Part shown: piece by piece, positions 11,218 to 24,187 of the stretch
Position numbering within the stretch: the stretch's first letter is position 1
Layout: every line of letters starts with the position of its first letter
Assembly: GCA_951804945.1 (NCBI GenBank)
Contig: OX638149.1
Location: 95,294,001 to 95,358,000 of the forward strand
Length of the DNA: 64,000 nucleotides
Direction of reading: 5' to 3'
Source of the DNA: Podarcis cretensis
Taxonomy: Eukaryota
The notes under the pieces: model-generated
Seen by the model: only the letters and a program-made list of their open reading frames with translations
The model's database searches: none
Told to the model about the DNA's origin: nothing
Translations under genes and position numbers: made by a program

Positions 11218-12624
11218 TGAAGAATAAAAAAGAAAGAAGGGAAAGAAGGGAAAGGGAAAGGAATAGATACATTCCATAATTCTATTCCTTCGACTTCCCA
11301 TCCATCTTCCCATTGTTCCCTAAGGCTTCCCATTCCTACTGCATATTCTATTTTTTCTAACTATTTAAACATTCAAATTCTTCTCATTGTGAACTTTTTA
11401 ACTGCTGAGCTTACTTTTTAGGTAGTCTACAAATCTTGTGGCTCAGGGGGAAGGCTAATTGTTATTGTTAGCTGATTGTTTTTGATAGTGGGTTAGTGTT
11501 GGTTGAATAGTTTTGGTGCTTTAAAAAACAATTTGTTGTAGTTTTATATTTTTATCCTTTTCCTGTAAGGCACTTTGAAACTCCATCATCACTGATATCT
11601 ACTTGTTGCAGGTTTACTTCTCTTCACAATGTCAGTGCCAAGGCAGCCATTCTTCACTGTAGCTCTCTGGGCAACCCACCTGTCTAAAGAAACCAATCAA
11701 CTGCTACCGTTTCTGTGTCTTCTCTTTAGTAGTTTTGCTGCCAAATTGGGCTCTGTATATCTTCTCCCTATCTGCTATCATTTAACTACCCTAACATGCA
11801 GTTCAACGCATAGATTATTTGTACCTCTAAAAAAACCTCCACTAGCAGGATCTTTTGATTGTCAGAAATATCCTGGTATAGTGGCACTGTTTTAAAATTT
11901 GATGCTTTTCCTTTAAGGCTGTGTGCTGACCTTTAAACATACAATGTTGTCTTGATAAGAAATGAGAGAGATAGACCTTGACTCTTGGGCCCACTGTATC
12001 TCTAAGAGTCGTTCTGCTTTTAGACTTGCTTTATAAAGCATGTATCTTTTTATTATTTTAATAAACCTTATAGATTATAATAATGCAACGGCTCTGAGGT
12101 ATTTTGAATAGATATTACTTCATATGTAAATGACTTCTATTGATTCCCAGACACACAAGCATTGTTCATCTTGTCATCACATTTTTTTCTCTGTGTGTTC
12201 TGCCCCCCCCAATTATACTAATTTGAATGTCTTTTTTAATCTTGCTATTGGGTATTAATACTTGAAACTTTTTTGTGTCAATAAAGCCTCTTCTAAGATA
12301 TCTAATTCTGAAGAAACTCAATGTTTTTATGCTGTTTTGTAAAACAGTGGTCACAAGAATGGAAGAACCAAAAAGAGAGAAATGTGGATAAATTATTATG
12401 GGGAAAATGGGGATAAGGAACTGGTGGCCAGAGTTCCTCTCTAGAAATCACATGCTATATAAAATAATTATCTGTTTGTTTCAGTGCATAAACAAGCCAT
12501 GGAGGAAAGAGCAGGTATTTATTGATGTCAGCAGATTCATGACCATAAATACCTGCTCTTTCCTCCAAGGCGTTCAAGGTGGTACATATCCTTCTATGTC
12601 ATTGTATTTTCATAGCAGTCCTGT

Positions 12625-13393
12625 TAGGACAGCTCTCCTTTTCCAGGGGGGCTGCGTTGCGGGAGGGGTTCCGGGACCCCCCAGTTACCAGGCAGTGGGT
12701 GAAGGGATGCTGCCCACATCAGTGGGACGCCCAGCCGCGTCACGCCCCCCCCAGCTGACCAATTGGGTTAGCTGGAGGCGTGGCCACCTGCCATTTAAAC
12801 AGCGGTGCGACTTCGGGGCAGCCTCCATTCATCTCCTTTCGTCGGATCTCCCAGCCCTCTTTCCTTGCATTGCATGACTATGGCTTGCTATGACTAATGT
12901 CGGTCGCCTGGTTGTCGGAGCCAGGTAGGAATTTTTCCACTTGGCAAATCGGCACCAGCCATTTAGTTTTCGCCTACCTAGTAGCAATCATCACAACTTT
13001 AAGGTTAGGCATTGGGTAAGCCTTGTCATGGGAGGGGCAGTTGTTGCCTCAGGCCTGCCCCTCCACGTTAAGGGTATCCCGTTAAAGGGATCCGGGGGTG
13101 TAGTTCCTGTCCGAAGCCTGGGTGTGGGCAAGGGCCATGCCAGGACCCCATCAGTGACCCTGGGAGTGCTCTTAATTGATGTATATCATAGGGCTCCCCC
13201 TATCAGTGGTTGACCTTTTTAGACTTCCTGCAGGAGTCAGGATATAGTCTTGCTTCACCCAATTGCCTAAGCCAAACCGCTCACATATGTAACCAATAAA
13301 GTTGTGGCCTTATTTATCCCATTAACCCAACATATGCATGTCTCTGTGTTTATTTCTGGGGGAACTGCGGGGCCCGGGGCCTCACCACGCAAA
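12625..13393. mobile_element. GC-rich LTR-like or DIRS/Ngaro-like terminal-repeat insertion splitting an older SINE (family unassigned)
   Basis: Sharp GC/CpG-rich block with AATAAAGTTGTGGCC near its 3' end; flanks resume a SINE-like sequence (...AGCAGTCCTGT / TAGGTTAGGCTGGGAGA...). Confidence 0.55.
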
Positions 13394-13704
13394 TAGGTTA
13401 GGCTGGGAGATGGTAACTGTCCTGCTGTCACTCAGTGAGATTTTAACCTCCCAGACCTAGTCTAATACTCTAATCTGGGGATGAGAAATCTGTGGCCCTC
13501 CAAATCTAGCCCCAGTCAGAATGGCCAGTGGTCAGGGATGATAGATCGTAGATAGCGATAGTAGACAAAGTTGTATTTTAGCCAGGTTTGAGCTGTAATC
13601 TTTACTAAATCACAATGGATTTGTAAGTTCATTAATAATAGCAAGTAATAAATACCAACTGGAAATACAATATTAGGCAAGCTAAATAAAACCACTCTTT
13701 AGGG

Positions 13705-13912
13705 CAGTGTTTTTCAAACTTAAATTAATTACATATTCCTTTTGAGCATTCATTTCTACTGGCATACCCTTTCCCAGGTGAAGTTAATTTGTGGATAGTC
13801 CTAATATTACTATTTTATTTATGATAAAGTAAAACAAAAAAATCTGCCATGTCCCATTGAAATATTTTCACATACCCCTGGAGGTATGCATACGATACAT
13901 TTGGAAACACTG
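13705..13912. mobile_element. hAT (Charlie-like) MITE, degraded
   Basis: TIRs CAGTGTTTTTCAAA / TTTGGAAACACTG. Confidence 0.65.
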
Positions 13913-14601
13913 CTCCATCAGAAAATTTTGCAATGCAAACTGAAAAAAATCCTAAACCTGGCAAGTCTAGATTCCCCTTCACCTTTCCCTGGCATTTTCC
14001 TTTGCTCTTCAGGCATGTTGGGAAATGCATGATTTGCACAGTAGCAATTGCACCCTTCCTAAAAACTCTGCTGAAGTGAATGAACAATTTACTTAAATCA
14101 ACTGATCATTTAAAGTGATCAGATACTTAATATTTGTCATCATAGTAATATAATTTCCAAGCTATAAATGTGGAAGCTGAGGTGGTAACATTTACTGGGT
14201 TGCCCAGTTCATGGCTAAGTTGAAAATTTGGACATAACATGCCAACTGGTTAAATGGCAATTGGTTCTTTATAATATTTTCCTTTAATGTTTAGGAAGGG
14301 TGTCCTGATGGATTTGTGCAGTTCATCAGTTTAAAGAGGGGCAGTGAACATGATTATTTGCAATGTGCTGCTCAGTGCAAAGTACAATACTGATAAGGTA
14401 CCACAGTGCTGTGTTATTTAAACAAGCTATGAAAGCTCAAAAAGTTTGAGTAGGAGAAAGTTCTGAGCTATGTTGGCGACCGAAGCCTGTGGGAAAGTGT
14501 GTGAAATGCATTAGCAGCTTAAGATACCTAAGCAATAGACTTTTAGTGGCCAGTACAAAGGGAAAGTGAATTTAGTTCAGGAAATCTAAGATTTGCATCT
14601 A

Positions 14602-14836
14602 CAGTGGTACCTCGGGTTACATACGCTTCAGGTTACATATGCTTCAGACTCCGCTAACCCAGAAATAGTACCTCGGGTTAAGAACTTTGCTTCAGGATGA
14701 GAACAGAAATCATGCAGCGGCGGCGCAGCGGCAGCAGGAGGCCCCATTAGCTAAAGTGGTGCTTCAGGTTAAGAACAGTTTCAGGTTAAGAACGGACCTC
14801 CGGAACGAATTAAATTCTTAACCCGAGGTACCACTG
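14602..14836. mobile_element. Tc1/mariner MITE family A, intact
   Basis: TA TSD; perfect TIR CAGTGGTACCTCGGGTTA / TAACCCGAGGTACCACTG. Confidence 0.93.
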
Positions 14837-15825
14837 TATCAGTAAATTGCAGAACCTTGCATAACGTGTTTGTCCCTAAACCACAAGGTCTGACACACGA
14901 GAGGAAAAACTTGAAGGGCATTGTATATAAGGAGAAACTTAGGGTTATAGGTAGGGTACAGAATTCCTCCAAACTCTGATGCTAAGGGCAGTCTATATTA
15001 TGCTGTTGAGCAGCTGTCACGTGTCATTGGGCAGCCATGAAATGAACCAAGCTAAATATTTCTTCAAGTCCCTAGATTTTTGTCCCACTTGCTTTTTTGA
15101 GGTATGGTTCTAAGGTGGTGAATGTGTCTAGGCAACACCACTGCAGATGGGGAAGCTTTTATGATTGAGTGCTCATCCCTTTAAAAAAAAAATCCTGTTC
15201 ATAAACAATAGACAAGGTGGGGAGAAATGTAGGCTAGAATGCTTTCCCTGAGATGCCAGTTTTCTATGCCAGTGGAAGAACACTGAAATCATGTGAGCCC
15301 CCACCTGTGCCCAGACACAGACCTATCATCTCAGTGAGAACTAGGCTTTAGCCTGTCCCGAATCACAGGTTTTCCAGATGGAATTGTGTGTGATGTCTTT
15401 AATCAGAAGAGGCATAATAACTACCCTCCAAGAGATCTGGGATCAACACACAGCCTTAACTCTAATAACATCTTAGTTTTGTCCTTCCTGGAAACTGTGC
15501 ATGCGGTTTTCTAATTGATGCCTAGGGCTTCCCACAGCTGCCCAAGGCGAAGGCATGCCACATAATCTGTGCACTGCTTAGCAGTGGAGCACTGCAGGTG
15601 ATTGTGGGAGAGGGGTGAGAGCAAATAATAAGCAATTCTAGCATAACCGTGCCAGGGTTGAAAGAACTGTAGTGATTCACTTACTGCAATAAATACACAA
15701 AATAACTTGTATAATTTGTTCTATTTCTGTAAATGCATCTCTTAAGCAACTGTTTCCATAGCAGCCCTGTAAAATGACCAAGATATGCCATTTAGAAACA
15801 ACCCCCCTCTCTGTGTGATTGATTA

Positions 15826-16390
15826 ATTAATTGGATTTATATCCCGTGCTTCCTCCTGAAGGAGCCCAGGGTAGCAAACTCATCAGTGATACGATACAGT
15901 TAAAAATAAAATAAACACATTTAAAAGCACGTAAAAACAATAAACTCGGTAAAACATCAAATTTAAAAGCAGATGTAACCAAATCACATGTCTGTATAGG
16001 TTGCTGAAACAGGCAGGAACAGCATAATAAAGGTGCCTGCCTGGTATCAATAGGCAGGGAGTTCCAGAGCATAGGAACTGCCACACCGAAGGAATGACTC
16101 CTCACAAATGCAGAACAAACATTGTGTGTGCAAGTTCCACAGACTGAAGTGATCAAGAAGGCACATGTGTTTTAAGTGATCCCTTAAGTCAGGCATCCCC
16201 AAACTCGGCCCTCCAGATATTTCAGGACTACAGCTTCCATCATCCCTGACCACTGGTCCTGTTAGCTAGGGATGATGGGAGTTGTAGTCCCAAAACATCT
16301 GGAGGGTCGAGTTTGGGGATGCCTGCCTTAAATAAACTGGTCCTAAGTCATTAAAGGTTTTATACACTAATGGTAACAGCATAAACTTTT
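15826..16390 (-). mobile_element. Old L2-like LINE 3' remnant, interrupted by a hAT MITE
   Basis: Minus strand encodes a degraded ...SFGVAVPMLWNSLP..., like the 'F.V.AP.LWNSLP' L2 C-terminal motif, followed by a 3' tail. Confidence 0.6.
16190..16325. mobile_element. 136-bp palindromic hAT MITE
   Basis: TIR CAGGCATCCCCAAACTCG; 8-bp TSD CCTTAAGT/CCTTAAAT. Confidence 0.9.
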
Positions 16391-19300
16391 GTGACTGAAT
16401 GCAACTTAGGTTACTGGCTAGCAGCCTACCTGTTCTTAAGTTTCAAAGGCCCACTTTTGAGAGGTGGGGGCTGCACACTGGCAGTTAGAACGAGGTTTGC
16501 CACTTGTTCCTTAAATTTGAATGAAAAGTTCCCTATTCTGAACATTATTTGTGTGATGCAAAAACCTAATATATAGGTTACAAGCACAATATATTCTAAT
16601 GAGGTGCTGTTAATAGTGTTCTCTCACACATAATACGTCGCTTTCTTGCTCACAACAGGCTTTATTTGGGACCTCTAGTTACAGCCATAGTTACGTCACA
16701 CACAAGAAGCTATTGTGACTGAAGGCTGTTGCTCAAGGGTTTCTGAGAACTGATCTGTCAAATACTGTACCAGAGAGTAGCAATGCTAGGAGTGCCAGAT
16801 GTGTGTGTCTGTGTGTTAAGGAAGTGGTCAAATACTGACAAGAAAATTAATATATTTCTGATTCAAATTCCTTCCTGCACTGGTATGATTTGCACCACAG
16901 TATTATCCTACAAGGAAATGTCAGGGAACTGAAGGCTTCACATTTTAGTTTTCCAGTTGAACCATAAAGCAGAGAATATAAATGTGTGTTCAAATGGCTC
17001 TTTAGAAATTCTGCATGGCAAGGGAAAGATGGTGGAGATTAAGATAGTGGAACAAGTTCCTCAGGTTTCCTTGTGCTTCCTGAATGATAGCTATGAGGAA
17101 GCAACTGGAATTACTCAGATGCGTGGTCTGGTGAAACCCTGTCTTACCAACCAATAGTAGGCATTGTGATGCTTTCATAGGGAGGAAACCACATGCTACA
17201 GGTAGTTCTGCAGTCCTTTGGGGGGGGTTCTTTTTGCAAAATGTAGTTCTTTCCTTTGTCAGGGGGGTGTAGTTACAGGATGTGTAGCACTAAGAATGGG
17301 TTGACATGGGAAATAATAGCATTAAAAGTCTTTAAAAGAGGCATACTTTTATGTCAGCTGTAGAGAACCTCCAGCCTTCTCTCTCCAGTCTGATAGGACT
17401 CTTCCCTAGACCACTGGCCTTGCTCCGTGCCCTCCTTAAGTGTTTTTCTCTGGCTGAACTGTGATAAATGTCTCTTGTTTGTCTGGATAGAAAAGGGTGG
17501 GTGTATATGTGGAAATCACTGTGTAGAATGATAGCGTTAAATATTGTCATGGTATTATTATGGAGTGGAGCCAAGACTCCATCCTTTAGCTTGTTCTTAT
17601 GGTCACTGTCATTTTCCTTGTGACGATTTGTTTTGCTGTGTTCATCAATAAATAGTCTCTTGTTCTGGGTCTGCAAAAGTGAATAACCCTGCCTTATATT
17701 AAGTAAGAACGTAGCACTCTTCTCTTTTTCCTACTGTACAACAGTAGGTGTCCTGCCCATTTTCCCTGACCCTGCCCAACATACATATGTGGCTCCTGTA
17801 GGGTTCCTTATGAGGGAATATGCCCCTCAGATTGAAAAAGCTTCCCCACACTTGCTTTATGGACTGTTTGCAGTAAGGCAAACTGAATAAATGTAGTTAA
17901 TGTTAAAGGTCATTGATGTTAAACCAGGTGTAGGCATCCTTTTTATTATTTTGAGTGTCCTTGACTTTGAAAAGTGGTGCAAAGAAGCATGTAAAAATAA
18001 GGAAGGAAAAGAAGTCTTGTAAAGAACCAAAGTTTCACAAATAACTCCCAGCTGAGAAAACAATGGGTTACCAAAAAAACAACACACGAGATCAAATGAG
18101 ATTCACCATTAGAAGTTTTGTTTATTTTATTTATAGAAGTATTGTTAAACTGCCAATTGATTCAGAAAATAATGTGGCAATTTACAATAAGTTTAACCTG
18201 TGCAGGGTTGTTTTTTCTTTTTAAACTTACCGTACCTTACCTTCTGAATCAAAGAGAGATTAACTGGGCCCCTTTCACACCCTGGTTACAAGAAGGGTGT
18301 GTTTGTATTTTCTGTCTTCCTCTTGGTGCCAGTATAAACCTCAAGTATGCATATTTAATTCACAAGCCAACAATTGCAAGCTGAATATTGGTGTAAGCTA
18401 TCCATTTTTTACTGTAGCAGTTTTTGTGCACTTTGTCAAACTTGTATGTTCTTTGGAATGAAACGTAAGGGTTAATACACAAATCTTCTTGCTTCAGTGC
18501 ACATAGAAGGTTATTTGCTAATTAAGTCTTGGCATCTGATGGACAAAAAGAAATTATTTAATTTGGGCGAGCCTATGAATAGATATTAAATATTACATAT
18601 AACAAGAAACTGAGGAAATTTCTTTAACTGGTTTCTTTAAGACAGTTGAATAATCACAGGTGGATGTTATACTCCATTTGGTGCAATAATATCATTGTAG
18701 AGTATCCTGAAGTTAAAAGTATCTCTTTGAGTTCTGCTACGTCTTCCTCAAACTAAAGACACCTACCACATGCAGACCCAGATGGCTTGAACAACAGCCT
18801 CTTTTCTCTCTCCCCTTTGTGTTTTTTTACCATATAGCCTGATGAAGAGTTCAGGGGAACTTGAAAAAGTGTGTGCGCACGTGACTTTGGGGTTGATTTG
18901 TTGGACTGCTTTTTAGAAGGCCCTGCGCACATGGATTTAGCACATCCACTGGCTCTGCCCCACGCCCTGTGAGTCTTCAGTAAGGAACTATGGCTGGGGG
19001 CAGCTGTAACTTCGGAACCCGAACATTATCACACCACTCTGCTTCCCGATTGGTCCAGAGAGAAAGTGCTACCAGCAGAGGGGGCTTCACTGATTAGAAG
19101 ACTGACTTTGTATTGTAATGGTATTTTTCAACACATAGCAGCTTTGGAGTCCAAGCTGCTGATTTGAAAATAATCTTAAGTGTACTTTCTAAATAAATAG
19201 GTTTGTATAGATTTAATTCATTGTACACAGAGTTTCGAAATAATTAAAAATCACCTTAATTATCTTTTTTGTTAAAATGATAGCATTTTAACCACTGTAC

Positions 19301-19413
19301 CAAATAACTGATTTTCTACTCTGATTTTAAAGGCAATAAATGTTAGAGGTACATGCAGAACTGACTTTATCCATAATGAATGTTCTCAGGAATCTAATCA
19401 GAGGAGGTTAGCA

Positions 19414-20319
19414 TAGGGTTACCAGATGTCCCCGTTTCCCAGGGACAGTCCCCGGACAAATTCCATCCCCAGAATGTCCCCGGATTTCATCTAATGTCCC
19501 CGGGAAACGCAGCAGCGGCAGTTTCAGCAGCCCGGAGCAGTTGCCTCTGGCTGGCTTCAGGAGCTGCTTGGAAGTCCCCATATGGTGGTGGTGCAGGGGC
19601 TCTAAGATGCAGCTTCCGGGCTGCCTCCACCTTCCCTGACCCCAGCAACTAAGCTGCGAAGGAAGGCTTCATGCTGCCTATCAGAGCAGCCTCCCAACTC
19701 CTACTTGCGTGCAAGCAGGAGGGGGCAGGGATCTCTCAGTTAGGCAACAGGAAGCCTCCCTTCCCAGCTGAGGAATCCCCACCCCCTCCTGCTTGCAGGC
19801 AAGTAGGAATGGGATTGGAGCTGCTCCTATGGGAAGGGAGGCGTCACACTGCTTAACTGAGAGATCCCTGCCCCCTCCTGCTTGCACACAAGTAGGAGTT
19901 GGGATCAGGGCTGCTCCATAGACCCATGCAAAACCTCCTTTCCCAATTGAGGGATCCCCACCCCCTCCTGCTTGCACGCAAGTAGGAATGGGATTGGGCT
20001 GCTCCGATGAGAAGGGAGGCATCGTGCTGCCCGAGCCTCGCCGCCGCCACTCTTGGCCTTCCTCTACCTTCCATGCCTGACCCACCACACACTGCTTCCT
20101 CACCACCACCACCGAAGAACCAACAACTCAGGGGCTGCCCAGGCTCATGGAGAAAGGAGATAGAAGCCTCGGAGGAAGGGGAAACATGGCGGTTGAGGTC
20201 AAGGCGGCGGCTGCCACTCTGCCACTGCCTTCGCTGCAGCATCAATGTCCCGGACATGAAGTATTTATTTATTTATTTATAGTATCCCCTGATTCATTGA
20301 AAAAAATCTGGTAACCTTA
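19414..20319. mobile_element. 906-bp non-autonomous hAT element (Blackjack-like termini) with internal repeats
   Basis: TIR TAGGGTTACCAGAT / ATCTGGTAACCTTA; perfect 8-bp TSD GGTTAGCA at 19406-19413 and 20320-20327; subterminal GTCCCC repeats. Confidence 0.9.
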
Positions 20320-23300
20320 GGTTAGCAGGCAAGCCATTCGGCATTTATTCATGTCTAACCAGGGGCACCATCGGGGGGGGGGGGGAGGCCACCCAAAAAT
20401 TTGGGGCAGGGGGCCGAGCCTGCCTCAAAATTTTCAAGGAGAGGGCTGAGCCCCCTCAGCATTCTTCAGTCACAGTGGGGCCCATTAGATCTTCCTGCAC
20501 CTGCAACAGGTCCTGGCGGACCCTCCCAAGGTCCTGGCAGGCCTTTTTGAGGCTGTGGCGGGCCATGGCGAGCCTCCCCATGGCTGCGGCTGGCCCCATT
20601 GGGCTTCCTCCTACCACATGACATCACATGTGTGTGCTGGGCCCCCTCCAAAGTTGGGTAGGACCCAGTGTGTGTGCATCTAACCATTTGTAAGAAAGGA
20701 GAGTTCTCTCTTGGTTTCTTCATGGAGCAGTAGGGCAATTTCTGGGGCAGTGCATATATGAACATAATATATGTGTGTGAATTGCTTACAAATAGCATCT
20801 CTATTAGTAGTCAATGTTAAATTATTTTATTTAGATTTAATTGGTTACCACTCTTTCTTCATTGTTTGAGAGGGTGATTATGTGGAGAATTGGCTCATCT
20901 TGCAATCTGAGAATTATATCTACCCGGTGGGAGGATCAAGTTTTAGCAAGACTGGTGACTGAATGCAATAGCTAGGTTCAGAAGGGCTTGTTTCAGTGCC
21001 ATGGAACTGTATTTGTCAGGGTGGTGGTCTATCAGTTGCCTACTACGTGATGTGATAGGTGATTTAATGAAACTTAATTTTGTGCGTGTGCTGTACAAAA
21101 TGCTTTCATGCTACCTGGAATAAAGCCACTGTTACTTTTTTCCTTGAAAGCCTCTTTTAGACATTTTTGAGCCCAGCTCACTTCTATGTGTTGCTATTAA
21201 ATATTGCATACTGTTTAGCCCATAACCCTGGGCCAAGTTATGTTATATTGGAGGAAGAAAAAAAGAGGCAGTTGTAAGTCCCATCAATAATATTGCCCAT
21301 CAATGGATGGATCAAAAGGTCAAATGACCATACTTTGTTTACTGGTAGATAATATCCAGTAAGAGGTGACTTGAATTGGGTCTGACTCTTTAACCCAGGC
21401 TTCTCAACCTCCAAAACTAGTTGAACTCTTAATTTCCATTAGCCCCTGCCAGTATGGACAACAGTCAGAAATGATGGAGCTAGGCGTCCTGTAACTGGAG
21501 GGGCAGGCACCAGGTTGAGGAAGACTCCTTTCAATCACCTGTGCAGGTATGCATAGAACTCATATTTAAGTGCTATCTTTTGTTGAGACTTTCTATAATC
21601 TTCTACAGCACTCATTTCATGTCATAGGCACTATACATAGAAATAGCAGACCTAATGCTGTCGGTGTTTCCTCATATGAAGGAAAACTGCTTGAACCATG
21701 TGACCAGACCCATTTTCGCATCCCTTGGAGAATATCTGGAAAATAGTCACCCTGGAAAACTGCATACAAAAGTTGCATTGTTGAGACTTCAGTGTAATAA
21801 TTTTATATATATATATAATCATACATCAGTTCCTTTCAGCAGACAGGTTGGTGCTTGCAGCACCTATTCTATTCTTTCTCTGCTTCTCCCCGCCCCAGCA
21901 CATGCTGAATCCCTGATGCAGACACATGAACCTGGTTGTTTTCACTTTCTCAAACTAAGCAGGCATTCTATAAATCTTGCTTTTTATATGAGAATGTATT
22001 GCTGTCCCTCATATTTTGTTCAGAATTATAAGAGTTTTCAATAAAATGTGTATCCAACTATAATTAAACTTTGTCTTCGATTTCTTTCAATCCTGTTGGA
22101 GTTGGAGAAAAATGTAGCAGTTTCAGTGGCTCAATTAGCATTGCCAGTTTTATTTCCTTCTGAAAATCCCTTGTTGATACAGCGATGTTTTATGCTGGGG
22201 GGGAGAGTATCATCCCCACCCATTTTCCGAATAATTCAGAGTAGCAGTTGTTGTAATGTAGCTATAATACACATGTTTTCCAAGCAGCTGTCAGCTCAAC
22301 ACAGGCTCCATTGTTTCACAGAGCGCATCAGAGAGCATCTTCATTTGCTGGCTCTCAAATTCAGCTGTGAAGGTCCTTTCCAGTTCATCTGTTAATGAAA
22401 CAAATTTCTTATTAGAACAGATTACATCATCCAAGGCCAGCACCATCCTATACAAAGTGAGTCAAAAAGTGGCTAAGCATTCTTCTAACAGAGCCCCCTC
22501 TGATCATACTGGTATGGTTAGTAAACTACTCACAAATTGTCAGTGGGAGAAATTAATAAGCAGAAAGTCCTGCAGTAGCATGTGTGTGGATGCTAAAGAA
22601 CAGTTCCATTTGTTAAGCTAGTGTGGCTATATAGCTACAGAGCTTTAAAAGGGAATTTTCCGTGTTCTAAAAAAAATCCCTGTTCTTAAAAAAAAATCAT
22701 TTCAGCAAAGTTCTAAAAACAATAACATTGTTTCAGCAAACTCTAAAAACAATAAAATCACCCTACTGGGCTTAATTGTGTGGTTGAAGGCTTCTGTCAG
22801 CCACTTTCAATGTAGTGGCAGGCACTATGTGGCAGGCTTTTAGATGCCTGCTGCATTGTTTTTTGTTATCTGAAATCATCCAGAGTTGACCCAGAAAGGG
22901 CAGGAACAAATTAATACTTTTAAATAGCTGACTGATCATGTTGACTTCAATACACCTTTGTCACACAACTTGGGGATGATAATTTATATTCAGAGGATGA
23001 AAGGAATAGAGAAGGTTGCTGTGAGTCATAATTTCAAGGAACTCGGCCAAATTCCTGGAACAGCCTCCCTTCTCTCAAGCTGCAAATCAAGTAGGCAGGA
23101 GCAGCTAGTTATACCTGTAGCTTCCCCAGTTCCCCAAATCCCATCCTTTCCTTGCAGAAGTGGAAAAGCTGTCTGGTTAATGGTCCATGACTTGTGTTCT
23201 TTCAAGAGGATTTCTGTAGGGATCAATGAAACGAGTTAATTTTCCTGCTTGGTTGGCTTGAACAACTACATGAAGCAGAAAAGACTCTATAGACACCAGC

Positions 23301-23504
23301 TTGTTAAGAACAGAAGTCAACAGAGTTCACGAAGAAAATTGTTTTCATACTCGTATGCTATGAAATAATTGCCTGCCACCTGATTGTTTGCTATGCCTTC
23401 CACCTGTAATTATGTTGGTTGGCTCACAGTCTTGCTAGCTGTCAGTTGTGACCATTTGCAAATGATTAACCATGCTGCTGTTCCTGAAAGTTTCTCTATG
23501 TAGA

Positions 23505-23672
23505 ATACCTGGGTTCAAATCTCCACTCAGTCATGGAAAGTGTCTGAGTGACCTTGGGCAAGCCAAACTTTCTCAGCCTAAGCTACCAGAGAGCTTTTGT
23601 TGTGAGGGCTAAAAAAATGTAAACTGTCTTGATCTCCCTGAAGTAAGAATGGGATAAAATGTAATAAATAAA
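23505..23672 (+). mobile_element. Degraded tRNA-derived SINE (MIR/Squam-like)
   Basis: B box GGGTTCAAATC, core GTGACCTTGGGCAAG, A-rich tail. Confidence 0.6.
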
Positions 23673-24187
23673 CTAAAATAAATTAGCTAGCATCTGCTGG
23701 GCATGAGAAATAGTTTATTTTTGTTGGTTTGTTTTTAAAAGGCCAAACTGATCCAATTCTATGAAATTCAAAACCACATGTTCTCCCTGGCCACCTTTAC
23801 TCAGCATATGAGGAGCTGCTGGTGCTGGCCTACGTCTAACCAAAAAGCAATGGCAAGAGGCGAGAGAGGTGGTTTTACATGACTCAGTGTTCAGTCAGGA
23901 AACATGTCAGAATGATCAGTGACTTCATGCAGAAAGCATGGATAGGCTCTTCTAAGGGTGGATTCCTCTCTTACACTTACACCCTAAAAGTAAACTAATG
24001 GGGTTTTAAGACTGATGTGCTCCTCCCAGTTTAATTCAGGGGTAGATCAGTGTGCCTCTGCTGTCAGAAGTTTGGGGAAAGCTTTCTAAATAGACATTTC
24101 CAATTTTTGAAGAGAGCAATCTTAAAAGGCTATCCAGTTCCTACTGGTTTTGTGTCCTGGCAAACTACTACTTTTTTTGGTTAAAAA

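Noticed and set aside
11060-11400. Possible L1 3'UTR remnant on the minus strand
   Set aside because: Only compositional resemblance; no coding motif or TSD found.
11611-11895. Phase-compatible hydrophobic ORF after a ttgcag acceptor, as a possible Kalirin-8/Trio8-like terminal exon
   Set aside because: Weak pyrimidine tract and no recognisable homology; cannot be supported without RNA data.
12398-13213. ORFs of 159 and 90 aa
   Set aside because: They run across a SINE/insertion junction in GC-rich repeat sequence and show no domain motifs.
19671-20282. Several 90-143 aa ORFs; repeat array superficially CRISPR-like
   Set aside because: All lie inside a TIR/TSD-bounded hAT element in vertebrate DNA; the spacers are related to each other and there are no cas genes.
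22660-22760. Short local tandem duplications (also at 28716-28760, 42710-42760, 60031-60060 and 63867-63910)
   Set aside because: Ordinary slippage duplications in intron with no evidence of function.
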